From assembly GCA_043228905.1 (NCBI GenBank), contig JBHGNT010000022.1, forward strand, positions 12,338,001 to 12,402,000: a stretch of DNA of 64,000 nt. The letters run 5' to 3'. This document shows, piece after piece, positions 51,081 to 64,000 of this stretch. How positions within the stretch are numbered: the stretch's first letter is position 1; every line of letters starts with the position of its first letter. A model generated the notes under the pieces. That model searched no databases. It saw nothing but the letters and a program-made list of their open reading frames with translations, and was not told where the DNA came from. The DNA is from Azolla caroliniana (lineage: Eukaryota; Plantae; Polypodiophyta). The translations under genes were made by a program, and so were the position numbers.

Positions 51081-51553
51081 TGATTCTCATGTGTACACAA
51101 CATCCTGGTCCCTTGAGCTTCTTTCAGGTGGTTGATATCTTCAATAGTGTAAATCATATAATGGGCATTTAATATGGTTGTGAAGGCTAGTGTATGTTAT
51201 ATGGTTCAATGCACCATATATTGTTGAGATAAAACTTCATGAACCTAGAACAAGCCAAATGAGGTAAGTAATAATACTAAGGTCAAGTGAGCCCCTCTCA
51301 ACATCTTCTTAATTATAAAAACTTTATTGAGTAGGGATGTAATTGGTGTCAATAAAATTACAAGAAAATGATTTATTAACAACTCAAAAAGAGGGTCAAT
51401 CAAAACATTGAAGTCAAGGAACCACAAAAGGTTTGTTTTCCTTAGCAGAAAAACTACAAGAACATGTGGACCGACACCTAAGTTAGTTAATGACCAAGAT
51501 TGTGATCATTATGTGATGTATAGTAGCCATTCAGAAGAATACCTAGGCTGGGA

Positions 51554-51590
<37 letters not shown>

Positions 51591-51594
<4 letters not shown>

Positions 51595-51905
51595 TGAAAA
51601 CACACAATTATATTAATAAATGTGTGTAAAAAACACTACGTACAATGGGTGTGACAATGGAGTATGGTCATCCACTAACTACACTACATGGGTAGTGGAA
51701 CATGTTGAATTGCCAATAGGCAAGACAAACACTCCATTGAGGAAAGAATTTCCACTTGCTCCAATAAAGAAAATCGCCACATTAGTACTCCCTTCAACTT
51801 TTGTAGATATGCTTTCACTCCATGTCTACCATTGAATACAAAAGCGTTGTGCATGTTCCAATTATGACATAATCTCCAATATCTCAAAAATAGAAAAACA
51901 ATATC
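51591..51905 (-). mobile_element. L1/Tx1-type LINE 3' end, copy 4, ending at (GA)n
   Basis: Reverse complement matches ~2105-2423, including the terminus TTTTCACCAA followed by (GA)n ((CT)n at 51558-51590 on +). Confidence 0.85.
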
Positions 51906-51919
51906 TCTTTTTTTCTCGT

Positions 51920-52105
51920 AAGTACCTTACCCTAGTGGTAAGTTGTTAACACTACAAGCACTGCATTGTGGGTTCGAAACCCAATCTCCTCAACCTCTCT
52001 ATTATATACTTCATATACTCCTAATATTAATTCACTAGATGCCATTGTGGAATGTAGGGGTTGAACCCATGACCACCTGGTCTCCATTGAGCAACCTTAC
52101 CAACG
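51920..52105. mobile_element. Pair of convergent tRNA-derived SINE-like heads (inverted copy of 3005-3168)
   Basis: Plus: TAGTGGTAAG ... GGGTTCGAAACCC. Minus: TTGGTAAGG ... GGTCATGGGTTCAACCCC. Followed by (CT)n(CA)n at 52107-52174. Confidence 0.65.
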
Positions 52106-52106
52106 A

Positions 52107-52177
<71 letters not shown>

Positions 52178-55100
52178 ATAAAGCCTTGTCTTTTTCTTAC
52201 ATTGTTCCCATTTATTCATATCCACGTGTTCAAATAGGTATAAATATCTACACAAAGTATACTATAGTATTGGTGTCACAAACATTTAATTATGGGAGTT
52301 GGTATAGGTTCCATCATAGATTACACTTTTGATCTTTCAAGTTCTCCACGTGCTATTAGAGACCTAAAGTGTGGTTTGCGTCATGTAAACTAAACTTGAG
52401 GCACATGAGCACTTTACTATTTGCATGGTCATAATCTATTGACATCTCCATTGCATGGTCTTCTCTGCCTAAAGTACATACGAAGCTTTAATTGTCCCAC
52501 TATGATAACAAGTAGTATACATACTTGGTTTGTAAACTAACCCGCAAGTATAAATTTCATCTCTTTGGGCAAAATGTTTGGTAAATTATATGAAATGCAT
52601 CTACAATGCTTATGACGTAATACCCCCGAAGTGGTATTTTGATTATCATTGGAAGAGAGATGTGAGTTCAATCGAGTATTTATTAATATGCAAAACAATT
52701 TTGTAATATTTTGCATTCAACAAATTCTTCACGAACCAACTCTTGATTGGCTACAACGAGGGATAGCATATTGAAGTTGACCTACTTTTGTAAATTAGTG
52801 CAAAAAGAAACTTTATGTCAAATGCACGAGGTGAAAAGTGTGAATTAGTAGGCCATTGCTCTCCCCAACAAATAACCAAAGCTACACATGCATGGTTTCA
52901 TGCTCACATATTCCAACATTCCTCGTCAATGATAGTACAAATAGTAAAAAAACATATTTACTTTAGGTTTTACACTTCAGTGCTTACGCATTACTCCATT
53001 GCATGTGATGCCTTATTTAATTTTGATTAGTTTGGGCTCATGTGTTCACACACATAACTTCATCTATTTGATAAAATGATTGAACAACAATGTTGGAAAG
53101 AGGCCAACTTTTTCAAAGTATGCCAAATGTTGTTCTCACACTAAGGTTTTCAAACATTTGAACAAGGAGAAATTTGAATTCTATGAAAAGAAACCTAGCA
53201 ATAAGCTATTACACAATTTAGCTAGAACAATTGTACATCATCCATAGTGATGTAGGCTTTGCCTTGTGTTTCTATTCAATTACAATTTGGCTATCAAGCT
53301 CTAAGTTCATGTTGTCGTGTGATACTACTAGAGTTGAAGAGAGACTAATATTTTTATGGAAGCCATCCTAAAATATTTTGTTTCGAGTGCCTTCTCCTTC
53401 ATAACATTATTGTTTTGGGAACAATTGGCCAATTATTGATATAGATAGCGATGGCGATGAACTATGCCTTAATTTGCGACGCACAACATTTTATCTTGTT
53501 TGATTTGCCACGAGTACAATTTGGTGCATTTTCATCCACGTAAATTGTGTCTCTTGTTCACGATGTTTTATAAATTATGCGTGATGCATTAGTATACTTA
53601 TCATATTACTCAATGAAATAATTATTATTTTTTAATTATGAGAAATAAGGTTCTAAAATTTTTAAGTTAAAACATTTTAATTTGTTCAATAAACTACATG
53701 CTACAAAAACATGTTCATTACATTCTAGTATTGATTGGAGATCATTGGACAATTATGGCATCAACTTATCAAAATTAGAGATAACTAAGAATATGATTCC
53801 AATTAAAGCCAATTGAAACTAGGGGCAGAAATAAAGTCATTATAACGTTGAAATTTCATTACCTATGTCCAAGAACTCAAAAGGTTTTAAGGGAGTTAAT
53901 AAGACGCTAAAATAATGCTTATCAAACAACTCATTTGGAAACCTAAGTATACTTCCTAACCCTATAAAGTCAATTGATGAGAACACCTATTGTAGCAAAG
54001 AGGATGTGAATGTTGAATTTTAGTCAACAACTTTAAAGGGCAAGAAACTTCCTATTGAATCCAATATGGTGTGTTATGAGAACAAAACTCTATATTGTAA
54101 TATATAATGTGTATGTCCACATTCGTAAGTGAACTTTTCGAAGAGGAAAAGTATAAAATATTTTAAAGATCTCTTTGGAGATTGTTGTTTTGCAAAAACA
54201 TTGTTTGAAGCATCATCTTCCAATAAAAACAAGAGGAAATAATACAAAATCTACAAGAAGGATGTGGATGAGATTAATGGGGCACAACAAATTGACACGC
54301 AAGAAAGTCGAGGGGAAAGTCCACACATGATCACGACGTTTAAACAAGTATCATAAAACATGAGCAGAACATAGGGTGTGCCTCTCTCAATTGTTAGCCT
54401 TAAAACGTTAAATTCACATGCTAAATAAAGCTAGTATACAATAATCAAAACATGGGTTGAATTGACAGGAAGTTGGAATAATTCGATACTTGCGTAAATG
54501 CTTCTTGGATACAACATTATTTTCAAATATATATATATAGATTGTCATATTGCATGCACTTTTTTTTTACTTCCAAGTATCCTATGAAATTTGGAGTAAC
54601 ACCTCGTGTTCATTATATTGTATTGTTTTATCACACCCAATATCTTAATCCAATGGAAAACTTGATGCAAGAAAGTTCATAACGATGAGCGAAGAATATT
54701 CTCCCCCATATTGCGCCCATTGGGCTTTTGAAAACTAGCTAAATAGATATCGCAATTGTGGATTGCTTGTTTCTTACATTAACAATTCCATAAATAGAAT
54801 ATTTGTAGTTCATTGTGAACACCGACCTTGCGAATATACTAGAATTTGTTATCTCTAATGCCTTGACGGTATGGAAATATATGCTTCACAATTTACCAAT
54901 GCTTTGTATCAGGATTGCTACTTGGGAGAACTTAGAAGACCCAATGTATATTTAGCCTCATTGCCTATGAATTAGACTACACAATCCATACATACATCAT
55001 AGTTAACAATCCCAATCCTGAAAGCTTCTTTTCAACCCTAGTTCGATTAGTGTAGAAAATTCCTACTAGCTCCACATGTCAATCCCATTGTCAATGTCTT

Positions 55101-56009
55101 TTGTATTGTACCATTATTAATATTGCTTTTGAAAAGGCAATTTTATTGTTTTTAATATTTGCACAATGGAAAGTATGACAATGTCAAGCGTGTAAGGACT
55201 TTTTTTAAGGAGCACATTACATGTGTGTGTGAACTCTAACTAAACTTGTGAAGACATTTTATAACGAACACACTATTATCATCCCACTGATAAATATTAA
55301 TCACCACAACCTTATTGTTCAACCCACACTATCATGTTCATATATTTTTTTAATGGACGCACAATCCTACCATTGCATGACAAAAATTGTACCATTAGGC
55401 AATCATGTTTCTATATTGGAAATCAATAAGGTAACATGGTGTATCTAGACTATGATGTAAATGCCATAGCTTTCACTTTGTGTTTTAACTTGTAATGTCT
55501 TGAATCATAAATTCCCTCCTTGACTCAAATATTCCTATTGAAATATGATGTTCCTTATCTCAAAATTTATCTGATTAAAATAGGTAAACTCCATCTTATT
55601 ACTCCATATTATATGCATTCGATGTTAAACATAACCATAACACCAACATTGACCTAATCACTACTCTCATTTGGACTATTCTTGAATGAATATGGCCTAC
55701 TTTACTAGCAAAAAATCACCACTAAATTTAGTATGATGATACGTCCAAACAAACAATGTTGTTTTATGTACAAGGCAAAAATGGCACAAGAAAATGAGCC
55801 ATCAATCCTAATGCAATGATTCCCACCACCAAATAGGGAGATAAAAAATTGGTGATTCAATGTATGTGTGTGAGATAGAAAATTTCTAATTTGATATATA
55901 TGTGTTTACTTAAACAAGGGAGGACTTCTCAAACTTAAAAAAAGGAGCTCTTGCAACCTCACTATGATTTTATTTCCAAGAGAGCCATGTTATAAGCAAT
56001 CTAGGCTTG

Positions 56010-56510
56010 TAAGTGTTCTTTTTGAACATTTGGGCAAATGCTCTCGAGGGTGATCAAACACATTCTCTCATCAACTTCAAAAAAACAAAGCACTATGATG
56101 TTTACTCATCCCCTAAATATGGAGGACCCAAAGAACTCACCTCTCCACAAAATCTACAAATACAAACATTGAAATCACAAATGATGGATTCCATTAAGAG
56201 CTCGGTTGATCAGCCTCGATTATGATTCTAACAAGTACAAACCACAAATAATTGGCTCCATTATGACTTAAGTTGGTTGGGCTCCATTATGTTATAATAG
56301 CCTATCAATGCTCATAAGTGCTCTTTCTAAACATTTGAGCAGATGCTCTCAATGGTGATCAAACACATTCTCTCATCAACTTTCAAAAAAACAAACCACA
56401 TTAATGTTTACTCATCCTCAAAATATGGAAGACTTAAAAAAAGCTCACATGTCACACAAAATCTACTAGCACAATTGTTGAAATCACAAACGATTTGGCT
56501 CCATTAGGAG
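56010..56510. repeat. Diverged direct duplication (~200-bp homologous blocks ~295 bp apart)
   Basis: AACATTTG(G/A)GCA(A/G)ATGCTCTC...GGTGATCAAACACATTCTCTCATCAACTT...GAAATCACAAA occurs at ~56025 and ~56330. Confidence 0.8.
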
Positions 56511-56520
56511 TTTGTATTAA

Positions 56521-56551
<31 letters not shown>

Positions 56552-56654
56552 GCACACACCAATGTTATAACTTCTGGTACATGAGAGGCGAGAAAACAAG
56601 TGTATTTCTTAATTACATTAAAACTTGGCATCTTTTAAGGAAAAAGGACATAGG

Positions 56655-59600
56655 TCATTTTTTATCTCTACCATGGAAGTACTTTGATAAAGTCCCTTGG
56701 ACAATAGACTTGGATTCACAACAATTTAGTTTTCTCTGCTTAAGAGCTCCTTTTCTACAAGAAGATCTGGTATCCCCATTCGAAGACATATTTCTCCCTT
56801 TGCCTCCTACTCTTCTTGCATATATTTCCTCTAGAATGTGTTGTTGTTGTACCACATCTACACTTCCGAGATCGACACATAAATCCACATCTATACACAA
56901 ATTTCTGTTTTTCATCAGCTGAATGAATAAATTTATACTATTTCAACATATATTGATCGGGGCGATACATACACAATAAAAAGGAAATTTGATTGATAAT
57001 ATAATATCCTTTTTTTACCACTAGGATTCTTTGATTCTATGGATTGCTGCAGTAAAGACGATTCTTGAGGTTCAGAAGACTCAGCAAAATGCGCATTTTG
57101 AAATGCTGAATCCTCTTCACATAAATGTTGCTTATTGGAAAGGGTAGCTTCTTTTGTCAAGCCTCCTTGTACACTGCTGCTATTTGGTAGATTGTCATTA
57201 CACGCTTCTTTCATGCCTCCATTAGAGCTTTGAAAAAAATTGGACGCAGGGCCATACCCCTAAGAGTAAAGATGCACAACATAGGAGCATATTAAAAAAG
57301 AAATTTGTCTCACAAAGTTAAAAATGCCACGCGTCAGACAGGGAAATTACACCAGATAAATAGGTACTATATAAATTAAAAGAAACAAAAGAGGTTTAAT
57401 ATACAGCAAAAAATGTACATTTTGGAATGCTGAAACTGCTTCACATAATTGTTGCTCCTCTTTTGGGAAGATTGTTCTTTGGCCACTTTCCTTTGTGAAA
57501 TAGCTTTGTAAATTGTTGCTATGAGGAAATTGATTCTTAGGAGTCTTCAACATCGATTGTTCTTTCATGTCTCTATTAGTGCTTTGAAAAAAATGTGATA
57601 TGGATTGATAACCCTAGACAACAACACCAGCAAAAATAACAAATAAAAAAGAGCAAACTTAAAATTATTTCACTGATACACTTACGAAATGCATACAAGC
57701 ATAGAGACAAGAAGTACCTGCTGTAACTGATAACCTTGAAAACCACTTGCTGCAATCGCTAAACGAGTGCATGGGAAGGGATCTTCTATGCGTTTAAACA
57801 ACCCTAATGAAGCTTGATGCAGTAAATTTGATAAGACTTTTGTGGTTTCATCTGGAACATTTTTTTCGATATCTGTATTGCTCGAGTCTGACCTTTCATC
57901 ACTCTCTCCACTTGACTCGAGCATTATCATATCAGCACAACGTTTGCCTTTGATCATAGCATACTCACTGCTGGAGGTTATTGGAGGAGATCTTGATGTG
58001 GCCGCCCTGAGTAACTGTAATATTGTATGTGGTGTATTACATGATTTGGAATGATCTCCAGTTTGCTGAGATAATCCTGACCTGTAATAAAGTTGCAAAT
58101 GCTGGGGTATGCGAGTATTTTCCGTAGCATCATCATGCATTCGTATGGCTAGTTCATCACATAATATGCCAAGCCATTTCCTACAATGTTAGAACAAAAA
58201 AGTCACACATAACCGAAAAAGACACATAAATCTGGAACATTTAAAATGGAGAGAATGTTAGAAGAGGTGGAATTCATATTTTCACCTTATCACAGAAATA
58301 TCTTTTGTTGATCGGAAAGACTTGGCAGCAAGCATAGACTTTGTCATCTGCTTTTCTTGAACTACAAAATGAGAAATAATTATAGGATCTCATGTAGGAT
58401 ATGAATATATCATGATGCATGTATATCAATAGAATGTCTTTTGTAGCACACATACATTAACATGATAAAAGAAAACTCTGTAGCATCAACCTTTATCCTC
58501 ATAAATTCCACGAACAGCTTTGTACAAATAATTCCCTAGACGAATGCCAAATGAACTGATCAAGACTTCGATTGGTATCTTTTGAACATCTCCAGCTGTT
58601 TGACAATTCCATTTCTCATGAAGTTGCTGCACATTTTCTTTAAGTTTTCAAAATTGGTTGGAAATCCCTATAGAGATAATTGTGAAGAGCTACAAATGTA
58701 CCTCGCCAATTTTCCCACCCATAAGTTTAACTTTCTTCAGAGGAAATCTATCCATAAAATCAGCCACATCTGCAATAGGTGATATCTGAGAAACCATTTA
58801 ACGTTCAGTAGAGCTGCACTTGGCATAAAATAGGAATATGGCATACATGACATTGCTCTGCAAATAAGTAATTTCCTACAGTAAAAATAAGTATCTAGAT
58901 TGTTATAAAATGTGTTTGTCTTCTATAAATAGAATCCCATCGAGATGATAATTTAATGTAAACACACTGATTTAATTGACAAAAGCTTACCAAAGTTTGT
59001 TTATCTGGTTTGTTTCTAGCAGACGCTATTTTAGCAAGGAGTTTGTTTGTTGCTATTCCCTATCAAAGAAAACCAAAAGTTACCAACCTTCTCCCTCCTT
59101 TTCTGACTCTCCAGAGGGATTACAAAGGCATCTGAATGCCTTAAAACTATTTTGCATGGAAAAAGGTATTTAACACCACTCAAGCAAGGGTAACAAGATC
59201 AGAATCAGAATTCTTCTGGGGAGAGGAAAAGGTGGAATACACACGCTGCTACACATACCTAGGAGTAACATTTAGAGGGCCTAGGTTCTCCTTACGGGAG
59301 GCTGCTTGTGCCCAAATTTCTCGTGGATATGCAACCATTGGTGCTCTCGAAAGACAATGTGCATATTTGCAATTCCAAGAGCCACGAACAAAGCTGTAGT
59401 TATTTGATACACTTGTCGCGCCAATTCTTCTCTATTGCGTGGAAACATGGGGACCGAGTCTTAACAAGGCCAATCATTGGAAAGATTTAGAGAGACCTTT
59501 AATGTCAACGATTGCCCGCATGATAAGGAGCAAAGCATCGGTGTTCCCTTTAATCACATGACATACGCATAAATGCACCACCCCCATTTCAATGTAGTTG

Positions 59601-62600
59601 GGATTGTCCCCATCTAAACATGACCAAAGTGGAAAAGAATAGAGTGATCCGAACCGATTTCATTAACTTGGAAAACAAGATAACATGGATCAGCCACAAA
59701 ATATCACTTGGTAAAAAGATGGCCCACTACAAGACATACTTTTTACACACATTGGACCATGGATTCATCATCTGACCACCTTATATGGACATCCATCTAT
59801 CTTATCTGTTGCGCGGTGTGATAGGGCAGCTGCGAACTTCATCACATTAGTTAGAGATTAAGGTAGGCAAATATACACAAATACCTCTAAAAGAAAGAAT
59901 TTGCCAATTGTGTCATCAAGGAGTGAAATCCAAATAACACTATGTTTGTCACTGTAGTGTCTTTTATGAAATAAGAGGGAGATACCATTGCCTCTTTAAA
60001 CAAGGCTTTGGCCCACGACGGAAGTTAATGGAATATGAGAACCAATCGTGCCTAGGACTTTTCTTGCTAGAACCCATGACATCTAGGGAAAAGTTGGATA
60101 ATGGATTGATTGATACACATCTACCCCAAAAACTTGTTTTGAGAATGTATCAAATGGAGACATAAGGTAGTAACCTAAGGCCACCTAATGGCTTTTGAAA
60201 ACGAAGCTTGTATTAACTGTTGTGGCCCCAAACTTATTAAAGGATGCCATCTCAGTTGGAAACAGGGAAAATGGAAATGATAGAAAACGGAGTAAAATAT
60301 ACATTCATATTTGGCAGTTAAATGTAATACATAAGTATCTTACTTATGTAAAGATATTACACACACAAATATATGTAATATCTTTACATTCGTATTCGTA
60401 GGACACATTTAATGTTGAGTCTTTATTGTCTATAATTTCCATTTATATATATGTATATTTTTTTTATTTTTGTGACTATTTTGGTTAGTCAAAAATCTCG
60501 TTCTCTCATTATAATATATCTAACTTGAGAATCTCACAAGTGTTGAAAACCAGATTCTTTCGTCTCTTTTTATCTTATTTACTTTTATATTTATTTTTAT
60601 TTGATTTGTTGTTCTCAAGATGAGACAACACTTAAGATGTAATCTCTTGTTTGGTCCTACTAATGCTACAAGTCAATTAAGGGATACACAAATGGGCTCC
60701 CAACCAGGACATAACAAAGGGGTTACAATAGATCGGGCAATAGCAATTTGGCGTGCACGTAGGCCCCGGCCCCATAGACCACAATCTCAGCACTTATCTC
60801 CGACCATCGCAGGTGCTCCCCTCGCTTTGGAGACCTCTCCATTCTGGATCAAGCTATGCTAGAGATCTTTCGAAAACAGAAGTTATAATATATCTAACTT
60901 GACAGAAGTTAATAAATATTAGTAAGTAAATATAAAAGTAGATAAGCTAAAAAGAGACAAAAGAATCTTGTTTTCGGCATATGTGAGATTGTCAAGTTAG
61001 TTATGTGATGTTCTCAAAGACAAGACAACACTTAAGCTGTCATCTCTTGCTTGGTCTTATAGGCCACTTTGGCCTCTTAAAAGACGATAATATTTCTTTC
61101 TCCCTTTTCTTTATGAACTCCCCTTTACCATTGTCATCAAAAAATAAAGGTCATTATCAAATAACACCGAAAGTACTCTCCTTGTTTCGGATATCTCTCT
61201 ATCTTACATTAGTCCCACCTTTCAAAGGCAATACTTTCGGTCTATCAAACTTCAGAATCTTAAATTCTTAGCTACCTAGTTTTTTGGTATCCTATATTTA
61301 ATTATATTTATTTTGGTTTGTTGTTCTCAAAGATGAGATAAGATTTTATGATGTGGTCTCTTGTTCGGTTTCATTGGCCATTACGGCCTCTAAAGGACAT
61401 TTACATATGTTTCTGTCTACATGGCTATGGATTATTCATTACCAATAATCTTTGAGGGATATATACTGATTATTGCCAGCATGCTTCAACTTGAGGTTCA
61501 AACTGCACAACCTCAGACTTATCATTTTGTGTAATTTAAGTTATAATACAATGTCTCTCGTCTTGGTTAGATGTACATGCATTCTTGACTTCATACATGG
61601 CCCAAGATCCAACTCCATGTACAGATGATGCCATCGACAAATTGATTCAACCAGTCCCTACACATTTTATCACCAGAACCACCAACATTTAAATCAATGT
61701 ATGATTACCACAGAGCAAGTGTAGCCCAATTTGCATCGCACGTCATTGCGAATTTGTTCTGCTATAATGGCACCTGCTAATAATCTGCGATGCATTAAAT
61801 GCTGAGATATTAAAAATTCAACTAAAATGCCAAGTGCCCTCAAAACAGTATGAGCTATAACAAAACGTGTGGAAAATCTTCAAGACACCAAAGACTTGAG
61901 AATGTAAAGAACCTTCTACATAGAGGATCACAAACTTCAATTGACCCATTTTCAACAATCATATTTGAATTTTCTCCCGAACCAGGCACTCCACTACCAG
62001 AAAGACGGTGTAGTTCTTTCTCCCAATCATAATCTTTCCTAAGAAGAGAATCAACCTATCATGACCAATAATATACCAACAATAAAATTGGTAAGCAGGC
62101 TTCTAAATACATCAATATGCCAAAACGTATTTATCTTAAACAAAACATCATAAAGTAGGCCTGAACCTTTTTGGTTACATCCAAATAAGCTTCATCAACA
62201 CTTGCTCGCTCACAAATATCAGCATATTGATGGAAAATATCAAAAACACACTTGGATGCCTGTAAATGCAGTAACAAACTAGTTCATTTTAATACTCCTT
62301 CTGAGTCATTGTCAAACAAATGCATAATAATTATATGCATTCTATAAATAAAACAAACAAGGGGATATTTTATAAAGATACATACTTGTCGATATCTTTC
62401 CAGTGACACTTTCGTTGTGTTCCTCCTTGCTGCCACACCAAGACTCTGTTCATCTCCAATAGTCTCGACATGAACAAGGTGCAGACTCGGACACTGGAAA
62501 TACAACAAGGTTTTGATAAGATGGGGAAGAAAGACAAAAGTGTGCATATAATAATTGGATATTCCATTGAGCTTCATCCATCTTGTGTGCTATTACCTAC

Positions 62601-63194
62601 TAAAAATACAAAAAATTATGGTGCATTTCATAACATGAGCATTATTTTTATATCTGGGGACCTAACACATCACAATGGAGAGAAGAAATCTCACAATATC
62701 ATACCAGCTGCAAAGCCGAAGAAAATAGTAGTCTGGTTACAAACAACATGAAAGAATGTGAGCTGCCTCTGTATTTGTCCTAAATGAGCAGGGAAACCAT
62801 TGCCAATGACACTAAAATTCTCTTTGCTCATCTGTCCAACCACAGAATCAAACTTCTGGAAGATTCAAGTAGTGTAACTAGGAACTTAGTTTTTTTTCTT
62901 TCAGCTTTTAATTTTTCTTTTGGTTCTAAGCTACACAGCTGAAGGAAGTGCTTCATAGAGAGTGTTTTTCCCATGGATAATGTCACCCCCCTTGGATATT
63001 AATATATCATCACCATCAACTCTCAAGCAGTTGGAATGGTAGTTCATGCAGTAGAATCATATGTCATGAAAATGAGATAACCCAAGTTCAATCCCTGACA
63101 TAGATCATATCCATTCTTTTATGAACATTTAAAAAACTATCTATTTTTCTCACTCCCATAGGTTATAATTCACCTCTGAAAAAGAGAATATGAT

Positions 63195-63242
<48 letters not shown>

Positions 63243-63992
63243 TTATCTATCTCCCAACTTAGTCAAAACATCCAAGATAGTTGCAACATTGAAGAAACTT
63301 TGGCAAATTAACAAAAGTAAGATCAATGTCGAGGTATACCTTGTGCAAAGCTTCAGATACTCGGTCATGTCGGACAACACCGGAAGCACGCGCCGCATAG
63401 TTAACTGCAATGAGACCTTCCCACTGCTGCACAGCCAAAGGCTGATCCCAAGGTATATTTAGCCTCACCTGTTCCACCTGAAAAACCAAAGGGGGAGCAA
63501 ATATATAAAAAGGCAAAAAGCATGGAAATATCCCTCAGGTTTTTTATTATTTCGCCAAATGCACCCAAATTTTTAATAATGCCCCTATGTTCTCATTATT
63601 TCCACAAATGCACGCGGACCCGCTTAGCAACCCCAGGTTTGAAAAAATTGTATGTGCAATTAGAGCAATTATATGATGAATTCATCCCCTTTTCCCTCAA
63701 CTATATGTGCTACTTGGAGCAACTTTTTTTTATAAACCTCTGGTTTCCCTCTTTCAAAGCTTGACCAGAGGGCATTTCCGGTCAAGGGGGAGATAGGGCA
63801 AGCCTTAGCAGTTGGGGAATTAAAGGAAAACAAGGGTTTCCCCTGATTGTTTCTTTGCTTCTTTGCTTGTTCGTTTCATTTCTTGAGATGTGTGATGAAA
63901 AGAGAAAGCTCTGACGGATAGTGGAGTGAACTTACTGCTGCATAGAAGCAATCCATGTCGACGTGCAGAATGACAGGTGGGGGCTCCTCCAT
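56655..63992 (-). CDS. POLH-like: Y-family translesion DNA polymerase eta, Rad30/Eso1-type motifs, 14 coding exons (~700 aa)
   Basis: Exons (minus): 63992-63936, 63477-63340, 62493-62386, 62259-62167, 62055-61913, 61784-61709, 59059-58991, 58785-58702, 58626-58491, 58361-58286, 58180-57718, 57613-57419, 57259-57019, 56890-56655, all GT-AG and frame-consistent. Motifs VILHVDMDCFYAAVEQ, AVQQWEGLIAVNYAAR, KVSLERYR, ERASVDEAYLD, GYTCSVGIATNKLLAKIAS.RNKPDKQT, MGGKIG, KSMLAAKSF, C-terminal PIP QGTLSKYF. Confidence 0.92.
59098..60093 (+). mobile_element. RTEX/L2-like LINE fragment in a Pol eta intron (antisense to gene); continues at ~60655-60880
   Basis: SDSPEGLQRHLNALKLFC (post-YADD RT), YTYLGV, and the same LRTSSH.LEIKVG.Y...RICQLC motif as 42636-42970. 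60655-60810 matches 43055-43195. Confidence 0.75.
60094..60480. repeat. Second copy of the hairpin-containing intronic repeat (right arm partly deleted)
   Basis: TTGGATAATG.ATTGATTGATACACATCTACCCC.AAAACTTGTTTTGAGAATGTATCAAATGGAGACATAA shared with 42126 onward. Confidence 0.85.
63195..63252. repeat. (ATCT)n microsatellite in Pol eta intron 2
   Basis: Direct reading. Confidence 0.95.
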
Positions 63993-64000
63993 AGCCTAAC

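Noticed and set aside
51920-52105. Functional tRNA genes
   Set aside because: Only A/B-box remnants. No complete cloverleaf or acceptor stem could be formed, so treated as SINE-like.
56655-63992. Fungal contamination explaining the Rad30-like polymerase
   Set aside because: Its introns carry the same LINE and hairpin repeats as the plant MAP3K introns in this contig, and intron style and base composition match the host.
5614-63992. Functional DNA-repair gene cluster (YqaJ nuclease plus Pol eta)
   Set aside because: The genes are ~49 kb apart and separated by unrelated genes, with no evidence of co-regulation.

Overview
AT-rich land-plant nuclear DNA with spliceosomal GT-AG introns. The PLS-class PPR relics, LINE families and microsatellite style suggest a non-seed plant such as a fern (inference). 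Four apparently intact genes were found: (1) an intronless YqaJ/lambda-exonuclease-like PD-(D/E)XK nuclease (+, 5614-7524) directly behind a 16-unit hairpin-forming tandem array; (2) a CCHC zinc-knuckle + KH-domain RNA-binding protein (+, 16392-18645) behind a second tandem array; (3) a YODA/MAPKKK3-5-type MAP3K (-, 28940-45786); (4) a 14-exon Y-family DNA polymerase eta (-, 56655-63992). The polymerase motifs resemble fungal Rad30/Eso1 rather than angiosperm POLH, and a tandem exon duplication multiplies its PCNA-binding motifs. A MAP3K kinase-domain intron holds a very young Ty1/copia element with identical 191-bp LTRs, non-canonical TG...TA ends and one RNase H frameshift. The rest is PPR pseudogenes, (GA)n-associated L1-type LINE ends, RTEX-like LINE pieces, hAT-like MITEs, paired tRNA-like SINE heads, hairpins and decayed repeats. 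Exon coordinates were read by eye. Family comparisons rest on recalled motifs, not searches.
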